Source: Tubiluchus corallicola (lineage: Eukaryota > Animalia > Priapulida). Taken from it: a stretch of 64,000 bases of DNA. Below, piece by piece: positions 1 through 43,900 of the stretch (position 1 is its first letter; each line of letters starts with the position of its first letter). A program made the position numbers and the translations under genes. Location: positions 992,001-1,056,000 of the forward strand of contig JAQGDQ010000031.1 of assembly GCA_030141605.1 (NCBI GenBank), read 5' to 3'. The notes below the pieces were generated by a model. It saw only the letters and a program-made list of their open reading frames with translations. It was not told the DNA's origin and searched no databases.

Positions 1-597
1 CTATATTAAACATTGGAAGTGGAACACTGTTCTTGCCATGATTGAAGATTGTTTTTTCAGACAGATCTCACGAATATATTCTTTTCAGTTCAGACACACA
101 AAATAAAACAAATGGGTCTGTATGATTAATGACTTTTTCTAGATATTCCGATATGAGCAAGATCATCTCTGGTGTTTCCTTTTGTGGAATTCATCCGTTT
201 TTTTGCACAACGTGCGTGATATCATTGAGTGAGGTTCGCCGTGAGTTTGTAGTAATTGCAGGAATTTGTATTAATTTAGGACTATTTTTTCAAAAATCCG
301 CAACAATTTTAATGTTTCGGTGCTGACGTGTGTTGGCCTTATTGGAAACAAATTTGTTTCCAAACTGTCAATTTTTACCGCCTTTCCTGAACAGCCAGCT
401 ACCATTTGTAATGCCACGCATGCGCAGATAAGGTTTGCCAGCCAGCATATGGAGCAATAGGCCAACCTCAGAAGTGTGTGGCTCAAGGGCTGTGCTTGCC
501 TAATAAACGAATGTAGTTTTGTATCGTACAAGTATTAGAACACGGGTCTATTTACTCGAGCCTTGCAAGCTCTCTTTCCGCGCATGCGTGGCTTTAC

Positions 598-29653
<29,056 letters not shown>

Positions 29654-31930
29654 TTTCTGCGTGTATCTTTTTTGGGGGGAAATTGCACATAATAAAGCAC
29701 GAATCATTTATTTTCACCGATGTCAACCTTGTCAGGCAGAGTTTTCGAGAAATTTCTTTCGCTTTCGTACGTATGATGTGGTACAAATATGTTTCTGTGT
29801 CCTATTCATTGGGATAATGTATAGCTCTTGTTCAGTGAAACCATTCAGCTATATATGCTGTGCAAACAATTATGAGCGCGGGGCTGCTCGCAAAGAAAAG
29901 CGTTTCATGCGCGCAGCCTGGCACACAGCATGCGCTTGTTTGTTGCGTTATCGTGCCAATAAAAAAGTGAGCTTGAAATGTTCAAGAATCTAAATATTGC
30001 CTTTACTGTATTATTGTAGATGGTGTAGACAATACATCAATTTTCTTCTGGTCCTTTGCTTGTGTAATTTGTATATACCGCATTCACACTTCGTATTCAG
30101 TTTATTGGAGTGATTTTTAATAAGACCTATTATTTGACAATTTTTTATTTTGAAGCAGCTGTCCACTAATCTTATTTTGTGGTTAATCTGTGCAGCATGA
30201 TTATATTGCTATTAAAAGAAGAAAAGGCAAAATTGCTTACAGATGAAACAACTTCTTGCGTGAAAAGCTAGAATGCCAAGCTTCGTATGATGCCCTAAAT
30301 TTTTTAGACAGTTTAGTGACAAACATGAATACTGTTCTGAAGTGTTGTTGGGTAGGACAAGAGATAAAAAAATCGATATTACAGAATACAGACTTATACT
30401 ACCTTATTTTCACGGTTACGTGTGATTAACTTCGACGCATACGAAGCTTTATTTTGCTATCATCAGCATGAAATAAAAAGTTACGAAAAAGTAAATGTAG
30501 GGCCTACTTAATATCAATATTGCGGAATTGATGGCGGTCAGGCAATTTTGGCTTGAAATTAGTGTTGATTGTTAGACTGTACTGTAAAGTTTTACCCAAA
30601 ACAGACACAAAACTGAAGAAGAGATTGAAGTTAAACCTGTCAGCAATCTTGTCTTATGTTTCCCATATTGGTCTAAGGAACAGGTGTTGAAATACTGAGA
30701 TACACCTGCCCGTGTTAGCTACTGAATCACAGAACTTCTGCTTGCTAGACTACAAAGTTTTATCGGTGCTAGTATGCACAGGCTTCATAATGGACAGAAC
30801 CATTGTGATGTAGGGGTGTGGTGAAAATAAACAGTATTTAACCTACAATGTATTGCCCTCTCTCCTACAGATAATGGATTGTCTCAAACCAGAATGAAGA
30901 ACCACACAGGAGAAGAGCCGCTGTCTCCCAGCTTCCTGAATGATAGGAAAGCTGAAAGTGTTTTACAACCATTAGGTTCCACTAGAGGTGGTACTTTAGC
31001 TAAATTTCGAAAAAGAACACCAGGAAAGTGTGGCACGTTACGTAAGAAAGCTGCTGGGTGTGAGCATTATTCCATAGATTGTTATTAGTAAAAACTGGAA
31101 ACTCTGCCATATATCACCACACTTCAGCTCTAGTTTTGAAAAAGATCATCAGAACCACAAAGGCTACTAGAGAGAGAAAAAAAGCTGCTGATTGCCAATT
31201 ATGACATTCATCGACTTCATTCTACTAATGACACTAGTGAACTGATGATGGCCAAACAATCTTGGGCTGGAATTTGAGTTGGCGTATCATGCTGTATAGT
31301 TCAGATCTAAACTGCACAGAAGAGCCAAAAAACTGAAGAATGCCAATTGAAGTTAAATTTGCCAGTTGTGTGCATGTCATGTGTCTTCCACATTGGTCGA
31401 TAGAACAGGTGCTGAGATTGTAAGTGCACCAGCACACACTGATACTGATCCATGGAACCTCTACGTGCTAGACTACTTGCAGGTGTTAGACTGTGCATGC
31501 TTCGTAATGGATAGAACCATATCAATGTAGGGATAGGGGTGAAAATAAACAGCATTTCCACTACAGTATAATACAGTATAGCCATTGTGTAAAAAACATA
31601 AGCCGAACATATAGCACATTCTGCAGTAGACCTACATATTCTTGTCATGCGCTTTGTGATGTATGGTATCTAAATCTGTAAAAAGCTTAGCTTAGCTTAC
31701 ACCCTCACTGTAACTCAAGCTAATAAAATTCTAATTTTCAGACCAGGAGTGTGTAAACCACATAGATTACAGTTTCTATAATATATTATTAAGTTAGCAT
31801 GTTGCCGCTCTTCAGGCCTACCTCCCAGATAATCTCTGCCTGGTTCCGGTGGCGCCCATAGTGTTGGTTTTTGAAGGTATTTTCAGAGACATTCCTTAGA
31901 TGGCGCGCAAGTTCACCAGTTGTTTTAAAA

Positions 31931-34900
31931 ATGTCAGCGCCCCAGCAAGGACACATGTTTGCAAAGTGTTTGAAATATTTTTACCCATCTGCATCACGTT
32001 TCCTGTTTAAGATCAAGGTATATTTAACATGATGATGAAGTTTTATTGCTCTTCTATTAATTATTTGAAAACTTGGACTGTTACCTCTATCATTTATTTT
32101 GCTTAGAATGTTTCACCAGAGCTCTCAAGTAGAAAATAAATTTTCAGGAATTTAAATGGTAAATGTCACCGTTTACTAAACTAATGTAAATTATTGTAGG
32201 ACCAACAGAAGCTTCCGTACCGTTAGTGACTCACTATAAACATAATTTGTAGCATAAATTACTGTGTAACCACTTCTAATATCAGCACTAAACTCGTAGT
32301 CGTATATTACAGGACAGTGAATCAGATATTTTGCGGTTTAGACTATCGGGCGTACTCGATGATCTGTCGAGAAAATGAATGAGTGACATGCTTTCCAATA
32401 ACTGAAACATGCATGAATGACTGCTTTAAATGCTACTGATGAGGTTGAGCTTGTATGATTCTTGAGTGACGCATTTCGTCAGTGCGCTTTACCCGATAAG
32501 ATTGCCCAATCAAAAGCCCGCATTTTTGTGTGCAACTACTGACTTCGTTGCAGAACTTTAGCTTCCATCGAGAAAGCGGAATATTTCAAATGCACAACAT
32601 TCATCGCGGATACAGGATGTATAAGATTGACAACTTTGAGTGTCACTTAGATAAGATGAGGACCCTGATAGTCTGAACGGGGCTTACGGTACAGTGTTAC
32701 CTCCTGTAGCCTATCCATGCCGTCATCCTCTGGAATTCCTACCAGTGAGTACACTCTCACAGGTGTAGTCTGTGCCCACTGCCTTTATAGTATCTGGACA
32801 ACACTACTTCTCACTCTGAACATCAGCTACATAATTTAGCCTACACAGTACAGTATTTTGTTTGATTTCAAATGCATTGCTGGTATGATAATAGTTTACT
32901 ATATTACAGAAGAACAACTATATATAAGCTATAGTATTAATTATAAGTATTCATATAAAACATAAACTGCACATACTGCTGTTACATTTTATTAGAAGGT
33001 CTTTTTCTTCCTTTTTTGTCAACAAAATGCAAAGAAAATTTCGGAATAAATCAGCATTAGAGAATATCCCAAAATTTTTCTAGACTTCGCTGTAGAGAAA
33101 TTAGCAAAAAGGCTTTTGATCAGTTAGACACTATCTACCACAGCAGCATGTGTAGTTTGTGTTTTACATCAATTTTGTACCAATTGGGCATGGTAAATAT
33201 GCTTTTCTATAAATTATATCTAAAAGGTTATTGCAATTTACGATAAGATAAATGTAAATTACTGTCATTGTAATTATGCCAGTCTAAAGTTAAAATAAAA
33301 TTTTAAGTTCTCAGCTTTTATCATCTTTATTCAGTTATGCTTATGTTTATCCAATTACATCAAAAAATGCATACTTGGCAATATTTAGCAGTCCAACCTC
33401 TCAGCTTGTCTGTAAATTTAATCTGGTGTCTTTGTCTATAAGTTTATCTGTAAACTTATAAGCTAACACTACTTTATATCTCGTGCTGCAGTGTAGAGTT
33501 ATATTTAAAACAAGTTGCTGAACATTATTTCATTATGACATTAGCAATCTCATGTTTATTCTCATTCACCTCATTTCAGTAACCTAATCCTACTAAATCC
33601 CATCTCCTGCACTCTCCACTGTCATTCCATCATTTTTTACATTTCTTTTTTGCACCCTAACACCAGCTCCATTAATTGCATTATAGTCACACAAGTAATG
33701 CTTCTGACTATAATGCAAGCAACAATTTATATAGATATCATGTCCTGTAGATTTTATTATGGAATTAATGTAACTATGTATACCATGTTATCATAATATG
33801 TTTTGCTATATAGCATTGTTGTTTGGTGTTTTCATAATAAAATAAAAAATAATGATAAATTTCTTTTCTCTTTTGATGCAGGCAAATGGTAATACTGTTG
33901 TCTGTGTGAGAACAGTTGTTTGTCACACTGAAGATGCAAAAGCTGCCGATGATGTTCGAGATAACGTATCTTCACTTTCAGAGTCTGAATCACCTTCAGC
34001 TGGTGTTGTAGTTCGCAAAATCAGTAAGGCAATGAAAGCGTATATTGAGCGTGCTCAGCAGCATGGTAAGGAACAAATGTCAGCTATACAGAAGTACATC
34101 AGCGTTTACTACTGCAACTGTTTATGTTGTGTACATAATAATTTCATTTAAGACATAGTTCAGGAATAACACCTTAAGCACCTTATACTTATAAACCCAC
34201 GTGCTTGGTCGAAGAACCAGTGGTACCATTTTTTAAGTCTGGTATTACTCGGTTGGGAGTTGAACCAGCGACCTCCCGGGTGGGAAGCGAGAATGCTACC
34301 ATTGAGCTACGCCATCCAATTTAATCACTGATGATGGAATGCATGAACATGCTGGAATCTTATCAAACTATAGAAATTTAAAAATTTTAAAAAAGTCAAA
34401 GTCGCAGAGAATGTTGTTCAAGAGAGTAAACATTATTTTTGTATAAAAACCGAGAAGATAACATCCATGTTAAGCACAATGTGTGACATTTAATCTGGTT
34501 TATTGGTACCAAGCTTACTCATCATGCATTTCGCATATCTTTGAAAACTTCTCTATTTATAGTTTTTATAATAATTTACATTAAGGCATTTCTCTGTCAG
34601 GAGACCAATTAAATAGCAATCATTGCAGGTACTATTCCGAATCAAGGTATTGAATTTAAGCTGAGTCATGTATAATTATAATAAAATTACTTCATTCTAG
34701 AGAAGTTCATGCAAGAGCAATTAGTTGAGTATGAAATTGGCAAGCGCCATCTAGCTAACATAATGGGTTATGATGCTGAACTTATGACTCAAGATGATAT
34801 TGATGTAAGAACATTATTATTTCACTTTATTTTCACTTGAACTTTGAGCAATTACCAGTAGTGGTTTTTAATCATAGCTTGATGGCAATAGTTCTCTGAT

Positions 34901-37900
34901 TATTGCCTTTGGTAAAAGAAAGTTCTGAAATATCACTGCTTTTTAGGAAAATACATGAAAGAGCCGAGTGGATGTTCTAAAAATATTTATTTGAATCGCC
35001 ATCAAATATTTTTGACATCAATTAGCATAACAGTTTTATGGCATTCACTTCTGAATTCGATTTAAGATGAAAATCAGAAAGTTAATAGAATTCTATAGCC
35101 AGGTATATATAAAAATGTTTTCTAATTTAAATAAATTCTGCCAGTTGTGAAGTAACTACCATCATGTTATACTACTGTCAAAATGCAATTTTTTGTTACA
35201 TGCTAAAGCATATAAATGTAAGAGCTGTGACAACCGATTTCATATTTTTACAGAAAGCCATTGAATATCTTTTTCCTTCTGGGATATTTTCAAAGCGAGC
35301 ACGACCAATGATGAAGGTAAGATTAATAAAAATAATAAACTAATAGATATTTTTTGCAGTAGTTTTATTTTTGTGATGTCATATTTAACTTGCTTTTTTT
35401 GTTAATAAATTTCAGCACCCATCTGAAATATTTCCGAAGCAGAAGGCAGCTCAGTTCAGTTTAGATGGGCGACCGTTTCATTATCTGTTCTACACTGTAC
35501 AGCCAAATTACTACAGCATTATGCATGTAAGTTTGTTGATGTCACACTCTTACGCCTGCTTAACTTAGACGCTATATGATATTATTAGTTATTGTGTATT
35601 AAGAATGATGTCTATCAAGTCTTAATAGCATTGTTAGTGCTAAGACTAACAGTGATTCTTAATCTTTTTTTACTGTTAGATCACTATAACAAGCTCTGCT
35701 TTCAGAGTCGTGCCGTGCACGTGTTGAGAAAGATTGCTAGCCATACGCAAAAAGTGAGCCAAAGAATGGGCACCATGTTGTACAAACAGTACAGTACAAA
35801 AACTGAATTCAATTGTGAAGCAAAAGCAGTCCTTGAACAAAAGTTTTTTGATGTATGGTTCGATATGCACGCTAACAATCTTTCTCTGTGCACGTGTGTG
35901 CTTAAATCTATGATAGCGAAACAGTGGCATATTGTAAACTTGAATTAAAATTATAATTAATCAATAGACTAAATTTTTGTAATTCATAGTTTCTTGATAG
36001 TGTATTCAGCAATTATTAAAATGCTTTAATGTTATAAGTGACAAGGTAGTTTATGACTTAGTCATAAATTACTTTTTATAATCAAGGTGCTATAATGAGT
36101 AGTTTGTAGACTTATTGCATGTTCAGAGTAGCGAGTTTTCTGACGAGAATTTTCTCTCTGACTGCAAACTCGCAAGTGTAAACTGTTTCGCAAGTTACTG
36201 TCAATAAATTATTTCAAACTCTCCGACAGTTGCTGCGAGCTGATTTCCTGCGAGCTACTGTCTAGTGTAAACGCCTCTTCACTTCTGTCTACATTTCTCA
36301 CAGTGAGCAAAGAAGAGAGTGTTAGCTTGCATTTACTGTCAGTGAGTAACTTGCAGCAAGTTCTGTTCTCTAGTCTGAACATGCTTGTGAGTTACTTGGC
36401 GAGAAAACTAGTTAGTAATAACACGCCACTAGATTGTCTGCTTATGTTTTCATTTAAATACCTATTTTACCAACTGTAATATGCTGAACTACTTTAAGGC
36501 AGTTAGTTTCAGTGTTTATTACTGGATATTGCTTGTATTACGCTCCTGCTAGTCTCACCGTTCATACTATGTATCATCTTTATCTGATAGAATTTGTCAC
36601 ATCATCTACAAAAACTAGACAAGTTTGAAGATAGGATGATACAAAAAGGCATCATGAGACCGGAACCTGGAACTGAATTGTAAGTATACAGCCACCAGTG
36701 ATGAATGTATGAAATGATTACTGGTTACACTTAAAACACACAAACACATCTATATATATATATATATAGATATATATATATATATATATATAGCTACGCT
36801 TAAAAAGAGCCCTGTAGTTGTAGGGACGTGTTCCTATGTGCGTTGTTTGTTTAGTTTAAGACTTGTTAACTGTACTTGTGTTTATGTTTGTGAAATGAAC
36901 TGTTTATAAATAAATTATGTAAAGGCCTCAGGACACAATGCATACTGATTCATTTGAGAAGCTGTATTGCCTAAACCAGTGCTATTCAACCTTTTTCAGA
37001 CCAGTCCACCCTAAGAGCCCTAACTTCTGAATTTGTGTACAAAAATGTCTTGTTTTATTTTTAATTTAGCTTAGCCTTATTATTATTTATTTATTAAATA
37101 ACATAATATTTATTAAACTATTAAGGTGTGAATAATTATTAATAATCCACCATAAAGCAGAATTATGTGGAGCACAGAAAGAGTGTAATCAACTTTTTTT
37201 GGAAAAATTATAATGGCCATGTCACAGGATTATAGTACAGTGTTAGAGACCATATTCATTTTTGTATCATTGCCACTGTCATTGCCGTTGCCATTATCAT
37301 TTGAATAATTATATTACAGTTTGACGTGGTCTTATACTAGTACCTCAATAGTTAAGCTCTTCTGATTAAAAGCCAGATACACATGTGCATCCACAACTCA
37401 TAATTACTATTATTAATAAATTATTATATGTGAACTTTGGAAAATGAATTGCCAAATTGTAAGATAAGTGTTCTTTTCCAAAAATAACTTTCGTGTCTGC
37501 TATACAGTCATTTTTGGTGCGAAAGCAACATATTTCTTAACAACTTTTGGATGATATGCAACAATCAACGGTTGCCAAAGTAACGAAATGCCAGACATTA
37601 AATTTTTTTACTTGCAACTTGCTTATTTTATGTTAGGGATGTTGTAAGTGTGTATTCTTTTTCAATATTTGTTGGTCTTCAACCAGTATACAAGAAAAAC
37701 TCAATATTTCACGTTTTTTTTTCTGTGGGAAAATAGTACCCAAATAGTAATAGATTGGCCAAAATAGCACCAATCTGAATTCTGACTGTAATTCCGCATT
37801 GCTGGCCCACCCCATTTGAATAGCACTGGCCTACATGACAAAGTAAATGTAAAGCAAAACGTTAACACGTCACAAGCAGTTGACCATCACGGCTAAATTC

Positions 37901-40900
37901 TTTGGTTAGTCTTATTTCCACAGTGTTGCGTAGTACTTTATTTCAGGCCCCTAGAATATAAAATGGATTTTATGCACTTTTCATTAGGTAAATTTATATG
38001 TTTAAATGTTGGTGCATCTTAAAATTGAATACATACATAATTGTATACACAATACAATCGAGTCCAGTTAAGTAAAAAAAGACAAATTGCACTACATTAT
38101 ACATAAGCAAAACTTAAAATAATTTCAGAAAATTGAATTGAAATTTTTGAGAATTGACACTTTTCTAAATCTTCAAAGTTTTCTGTCCTTCATTAATTTT
38201 CCAACACATTTTTGCTGAAATGTCCAATTTAAAAGAAAACGAATTTGTAAAAGTTTATAAAGTTGTTGGTAGTACTAAATGAAATGTTATAATGTGATTG
38301 TTGTTATTGATCTGCTACACATTTTATGTTGGTTTTTATAATGATTTGTTGGTGCAGGGATCTGTCTGGAAGTGAATGGCAAGACCAAAAAACTTTGAGT
38401 CAAAAATTTTTAGAAGAAATTGATGAATTTCGTGTAAGTAATTAAAAGTGTGACAATTAAAATAAGCTAAGTTCGTTTGACAATTTGGCACTGTATTTAG
38501 TAAATACTTAAGAAGATAGTTTTGTGTTTGGCAAAAACACATTTTTTTTAAAGCTGTGTAAAAAAAATTTATGCAACTAGAAAGAAACAGTTTGAATATT
38601 CACTTTCTGCTTGCTATTAAGTAATTTTACTTATGTATTATCATCTTGTAGCTCATTAAGCCTTTTCACAGTGCAGTTTCTGCAAGCCAAAAGCTAAGTG
38701 AAACCGGCATGTCTACGCGACCTTATGTGCATAACTACATGTAGGTGAAATGCGTGGTTATTTTTATTATATACTACACGTGTATAGTTTAAACTAACAT
38801 GTTATTCTTATCTGAAAACAGCTAGCAAAGTAGCAGCAGCAAATCCATATGAAGTGAAATAAATGAAGCAAAAACTAATGCCAAAAACTGTTACTGTTAC
38901 AACAGCATGGGCTGAGAGGTGTTGTCAAGTGTAAACAAATGTGTTGTTTGGTTCAAATAACGTTGTTAGGTTCACTTGTCCTTTGAAATTTTTACGATTA
39001 TTATCAACCTCTGTGAAAAGACTTATTCTGCAATGATTTTCTTTATATTTGAAGTACAAACGATACATTGCATTACTGGATCGACTTTCAAAACATCCAT
39101 ATGCCTACAGAATAAAAGATATCATTACGGAACATCGAGTGTCCCTGGAGACAAAATCAAGGGCTATAGATATACTACCTGTAAGAATAAAGTTTCATAT
39201 GCTATTATTGTGCAGAAATTACATGGTACTTTCACTATCGCTTTCTCCTCGTTTCTATTTTTTATCTTTCACCACCTTTTATTTTTCTATGTTTTCAAAG
39301 TTTGCTCCCATATGATAACGTATGTGTAGCATGTGTCTTTCAAGTGAAAAATAGTAATGTGTACGTATTGTTTTGCATACATGACGTATGATGTTTGCAT
39401 ACTTGGATGCTCAGTGGTGTGCAGAGGTTTGGTGATGCCCGGGTCCATCTTCTTGATTCTATGCTCCTAAGACTCAAGTAGTGGGCCTAGAGGGCCTAGT
39501 ACTGAGAAATGTGAGAAAGTTAAATATGTAAAAACAGATGAAACATGAAATGAACACTTCATTCAAATTCATTATAATTTGACCCCATTTATTAAGCTTG
39601 GGTTCCCCCAAATGAGATCTCCTGCGAGAAAACACTTGAACTACTTCAAGTTTTTTTTCAATACTGATTAAGGCCAGGTTGGTCGGTTGCTCTGATGACA
39701 TGAAAGACTTCAGATGTGTTTTTATTAATTTCAGTTTTGAAAATGGCCTTTCACAACTTGCAATTGAAAATGCGATAGTAAGCAGTAATCTGCGTTCAAG
39801 GCACATCTACTTATGCTACTTTATGTTTTCTTAATCGGAATTATGTAGAATATTTTGATGTAACAGATTTTCTAAACCGACCTTGCTTATCGAAACATGG
39901 ATTACACCAGCTCATGGGATTGTAAGGCGTTAGTACAACAAAGTTAACAGGGTAATTTCGAATTTGAAAAACTAAATTTTTATTTCACTCTTTGATTAGA
40001 TATCCTCCTGATATTGATACCCGCGGTCATCGTGCTGTTTGCTCCTGTCTGCATGCTACTGTAAATGCTACATGATAATGCAAACAAAATTGTGTATTGC
40101 ATAACAGAAATTTTCTAATTTTAGCTTTTAGAAGATGAAAGCGGAACTCGATATGTAGAAACAACATGTAAGTGGTACAAGTTTTTAGTTGTTTTTGTAA
40201 TTCCCAATGTGAATTATTTTACTTAAGTGAATAGCCATGGGGCTGTGGAAGCCCCAAGCCAAGTGCCTGGTCTAGACTCTAAATAGACTGGACAATGAAC
40301 AAATTCGTAAATTAATTGTCTAAACTTGTATTTTATGTCTTACTTGATTCCATCACTGGACATTGGATGTTATGAATTATAACATTTGAAAACCTTAAAA
40401 ATTATTTTTTCTGCCACGAACTTAAATGAATAACAAAAGAGCACCATTAGTAGGTAGTCAACATTTTCACTTCTGACAGTTCGTACTCTATTTACATTCA
40501 TTAATTTACTTTCTAAGAGCAAAAAGAAAAGATTTCACAATCCCAGTAAAGGAATTTTTTAAATAACTGTAAAACAAAAATTTTTTTGCTTAAAATCACA
40601 CAACATTATGTATTAAAAGTTTTAAAAGTTTCACAGTATTTGGGCGAGATTTCAATTCTTAATAAAAATCGAATTCGAAATTGGTTCTGAATATCATTCA
40701 CACATTACATACATTTTGTCGCTTAGCACATAAAAATGGAATCATTTGGAAATTTTTAAGCAAAAGCCACAAAATCCATGAAACGAAACAAACCTAGGAG
40801 GCTGTGTTGTAGGAGCCCTAAATACATTTTTTCTGGGGCCATTTTACTGTAGCTGGTCACTAGAATGAGTGTTCCAAATGTACCCAATGCATCTAGTTTA

Positions 40901-43900
40901 TTAAAAATCTTTGTTGTTACTACGAGTGTACAAAACTATAAATAAAACATGTTGATATCTTGCATGGTGTTTATGTCAATGAATGTAACAATGGTATTGT
41001 AATTAGTGCATCGAGTCGTTCTTTCTTATTTACTGAAAAGGCGTGCTAAATTCTGATGGAAATTGTTAGAAATTTATAGTCTGTTTTCTTAGTGTCTGTG
41101 CTTTTGTCAGTGGTCAGTAAATTCATTAAAGTTTATCTTTGTTTTAGCCAAAAGAAAGACGAGTATTTCTAGAGTGATAGTAAAAGATGGTACTGGTGTG
41201 ATCACAATTAATGACGTACCATTTGAGCGTTATTTTAGTGACATGGAATCCTTGCAGCACAGGTATTCTTGCTGTACTGTATTGTGACAATCTTTGTCTG
41301 TTAAGCCAGGCTTTCACTGGGTTTGCGACTTCCGTGACTATCTGAAAATTTCTAAATCCAATAGTAGCTATAATGCACTAAACTTTCGCTAAACAGTCGC
41401 TGTACATTGTTGAGTGTTCGCCGTTGTCGCAAAAAGACTGCCAACTTCAGAAAAATTTAAATGTTTAAAATTAGTCATCAGAGTCGAAAAACTCGCCACT
41501 TTGCCAAAACTTTGCAAAACTGTCGTAAAGTTGTCGTAACATGAGCCAATCATTTGCATTTGCTTGCGCTGCACTCTGCGAAAATTCCATGAAATTGTCG
41601 TAAAATGAACACAAAATATTTGCGCGAATTTCGTTAAACATTCGCCTTGTTGCAGAAGTCACCAACTACGTGCAAACATGTCGTGCGACATTCTCACGAT
41701 TGTTGCTTGAGAAAAAAGCCCAAAATTTGCTAAAAATCAGGCGACAATTGTGCAAACAAAAATTTTTATTGTTTAAATTTTCAAAAGTCGCAGCCCTGTG
41801 AAACATGCAAGTGATTGAAGCGGTAAAGATTTTCCTTTTTGTAATTTTTTCCAAATTAGTTTCTTCACTTGATGTGTCTTAAACTAAAAAGATTAATATT
41901 TTCTTTTAGAGAGCAAGTTTTGTTTCCCCTGCAGTTCACGGATATGCTAGGAAAATTAGATGTACAAGCATACGTAACATTAGGTGGTCCCACCGGGCAG
42001 TCCGGAAGTATTCGTCACGCCCTGTCGCTAGCCTTGTGTAGTTTTGTGGATAAAGATGTAGTGGAACGAATGAGATTAGGTGAGTGCTGGCTAGCTGTCT
42101 AGCTCAGGCATGGTTTGAGATGTAGTCATTTATTTTGCCACCATGCCAAATATTATATTACCATAGTTTTTTAATTACAGTTAAAAAAAGCAAATAAAAG
42201 TATACTCATAAGACATAAACAATAGGAAACTATATAATTTGCAGTGAATCAAAATGCTACCATGTACTAGTTTCATGTGCACATTAACATGGCGACCAGA
42301 CGGGTACTCTACATTTACAACACTACAAACATTTGTGTATTTTTACAGTAAAACAATCATACTGTAATTCTATTAGTGTTGGATACAGTTGAGTTCAGAA
42401 GCTTGCTTTTGTTAAAACCAGTGTACATTAACTTAGATGAATTAATGGAAACATTTCACGGCCTTCCCACTGCTGTATTCTGCACAATTCGCAGATGCTT
42501 AGCAAAAAAACGTTATTCATCTAGCTAATTCTAGTATTGGTTAATTAATGTTTCGATGTGTGATAGTAGCTAAATCTGTGATTGTTCTGTAGGGCTTGGT
42601 TACGTCTCCATAATTAATTTCTATTGCCAGTGAATGATGAATTGTATGGGCAAACAATACTAGCAAAGTACTGAAGTATCTCTATTAAGCTTTCTCTGGA
42701 TCGTAACTGCATCAGTGCCGATAGATTGTCTTCCCTATTTTAAGGATAAGATTCCTATAGATTGAAGAGATCTGGTTTATCTTAATGTTTATTGGAGTGT
42801 TGCCGAGAAGTCACTAACTGCAATGTTTATTTGTGTGGAGAGAGGAATTTATTTTATTTTAGAATTCTGCCCTGCTCAACTTCCAGTAAACGCAATGAGC
42901 ATTTGATGATGATATTAACTTTTGTTGTAATTGTCAGAGTAACGCACACAATATAAGCGTGCTCGCTTATTAAAATCATCCATGTCGGCAATTAAGCCTT
43001 TCTAGTTATTCACATATTCTGAATCTCCATTTCATGAGGATTATTTTGATACCAAGCTCATCACTCTGTGTCATTTCTAAGCTGAGATAATCCCGAGTTG
43101 AAGTTTGGTACATGCTGCACACTAAAAAACATAATCTTGAGAAAATCTCTGTTAAAGTTAGCCATTGTTATTTGTCGCGTTTCTACGAAACACTTAGCAA
43201 CCGCACAAATGTTGGTTGCTACGGACTTTGCAAAAACACATTGATGTTATGTTTGAATCCAGTAGATGGTTCTTGCTGGTGAAAATCTGGGCTTGCAACA
43301 GAGAAAACCTGAAGCAAAATGAATGCTTCCATGAGTTACTACCAGAGTTTGAAAATGCAAGTTTTTCTCAATTGCAGTAGTGCTAACAATGCCGACTTAT
43401 GGATGGTTTTGGTTTGCAAGCACACACATGTGCAAGAATACATATTTTAAATTCTTGCTATTAGTTTCGGTTACTTTCTTGTCATGGTTTTCAAGTCAGA
43501 CATCGAGGCTTGTGAATGTGTGCAGTTCGGTGCTTTGTATTGTATATTTCAAGAAAGTGAAATGTGTTTTTTGCAGTCATGGTAACTGATTCATATTTAT
43601 TTTTGTAGTTGGGTTACTGACCCGGGACATACGTCGGAAAGAAAGGAACAAGCCTGGACAGCCTGGTGCAAGAAAGAAGGCAACATGGTAATTTTTATTT
43701 TCATACCTTTTGAGTGGCAAATTTGAATTAGCATAAGATAGGAAATATTGGCAGGTGGTTTCATTTTTGTTTAAAAAAAGAGAACAAAAACAATATTACG
43801 AATCAGAAGCAAAGATCACTTGTGATTATGAACTGGTCGGGCAGGAGATGGTTTGAATTTCTCCATTTGAATTCTTCAGAATTCCTCCAATGACAATTTT

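Noticed and set aside
34240-34313. tRNA gene
   Set aside because: A and B boxes are present, but there is no proper acceptor stem and it runs into a repeated SINE core.
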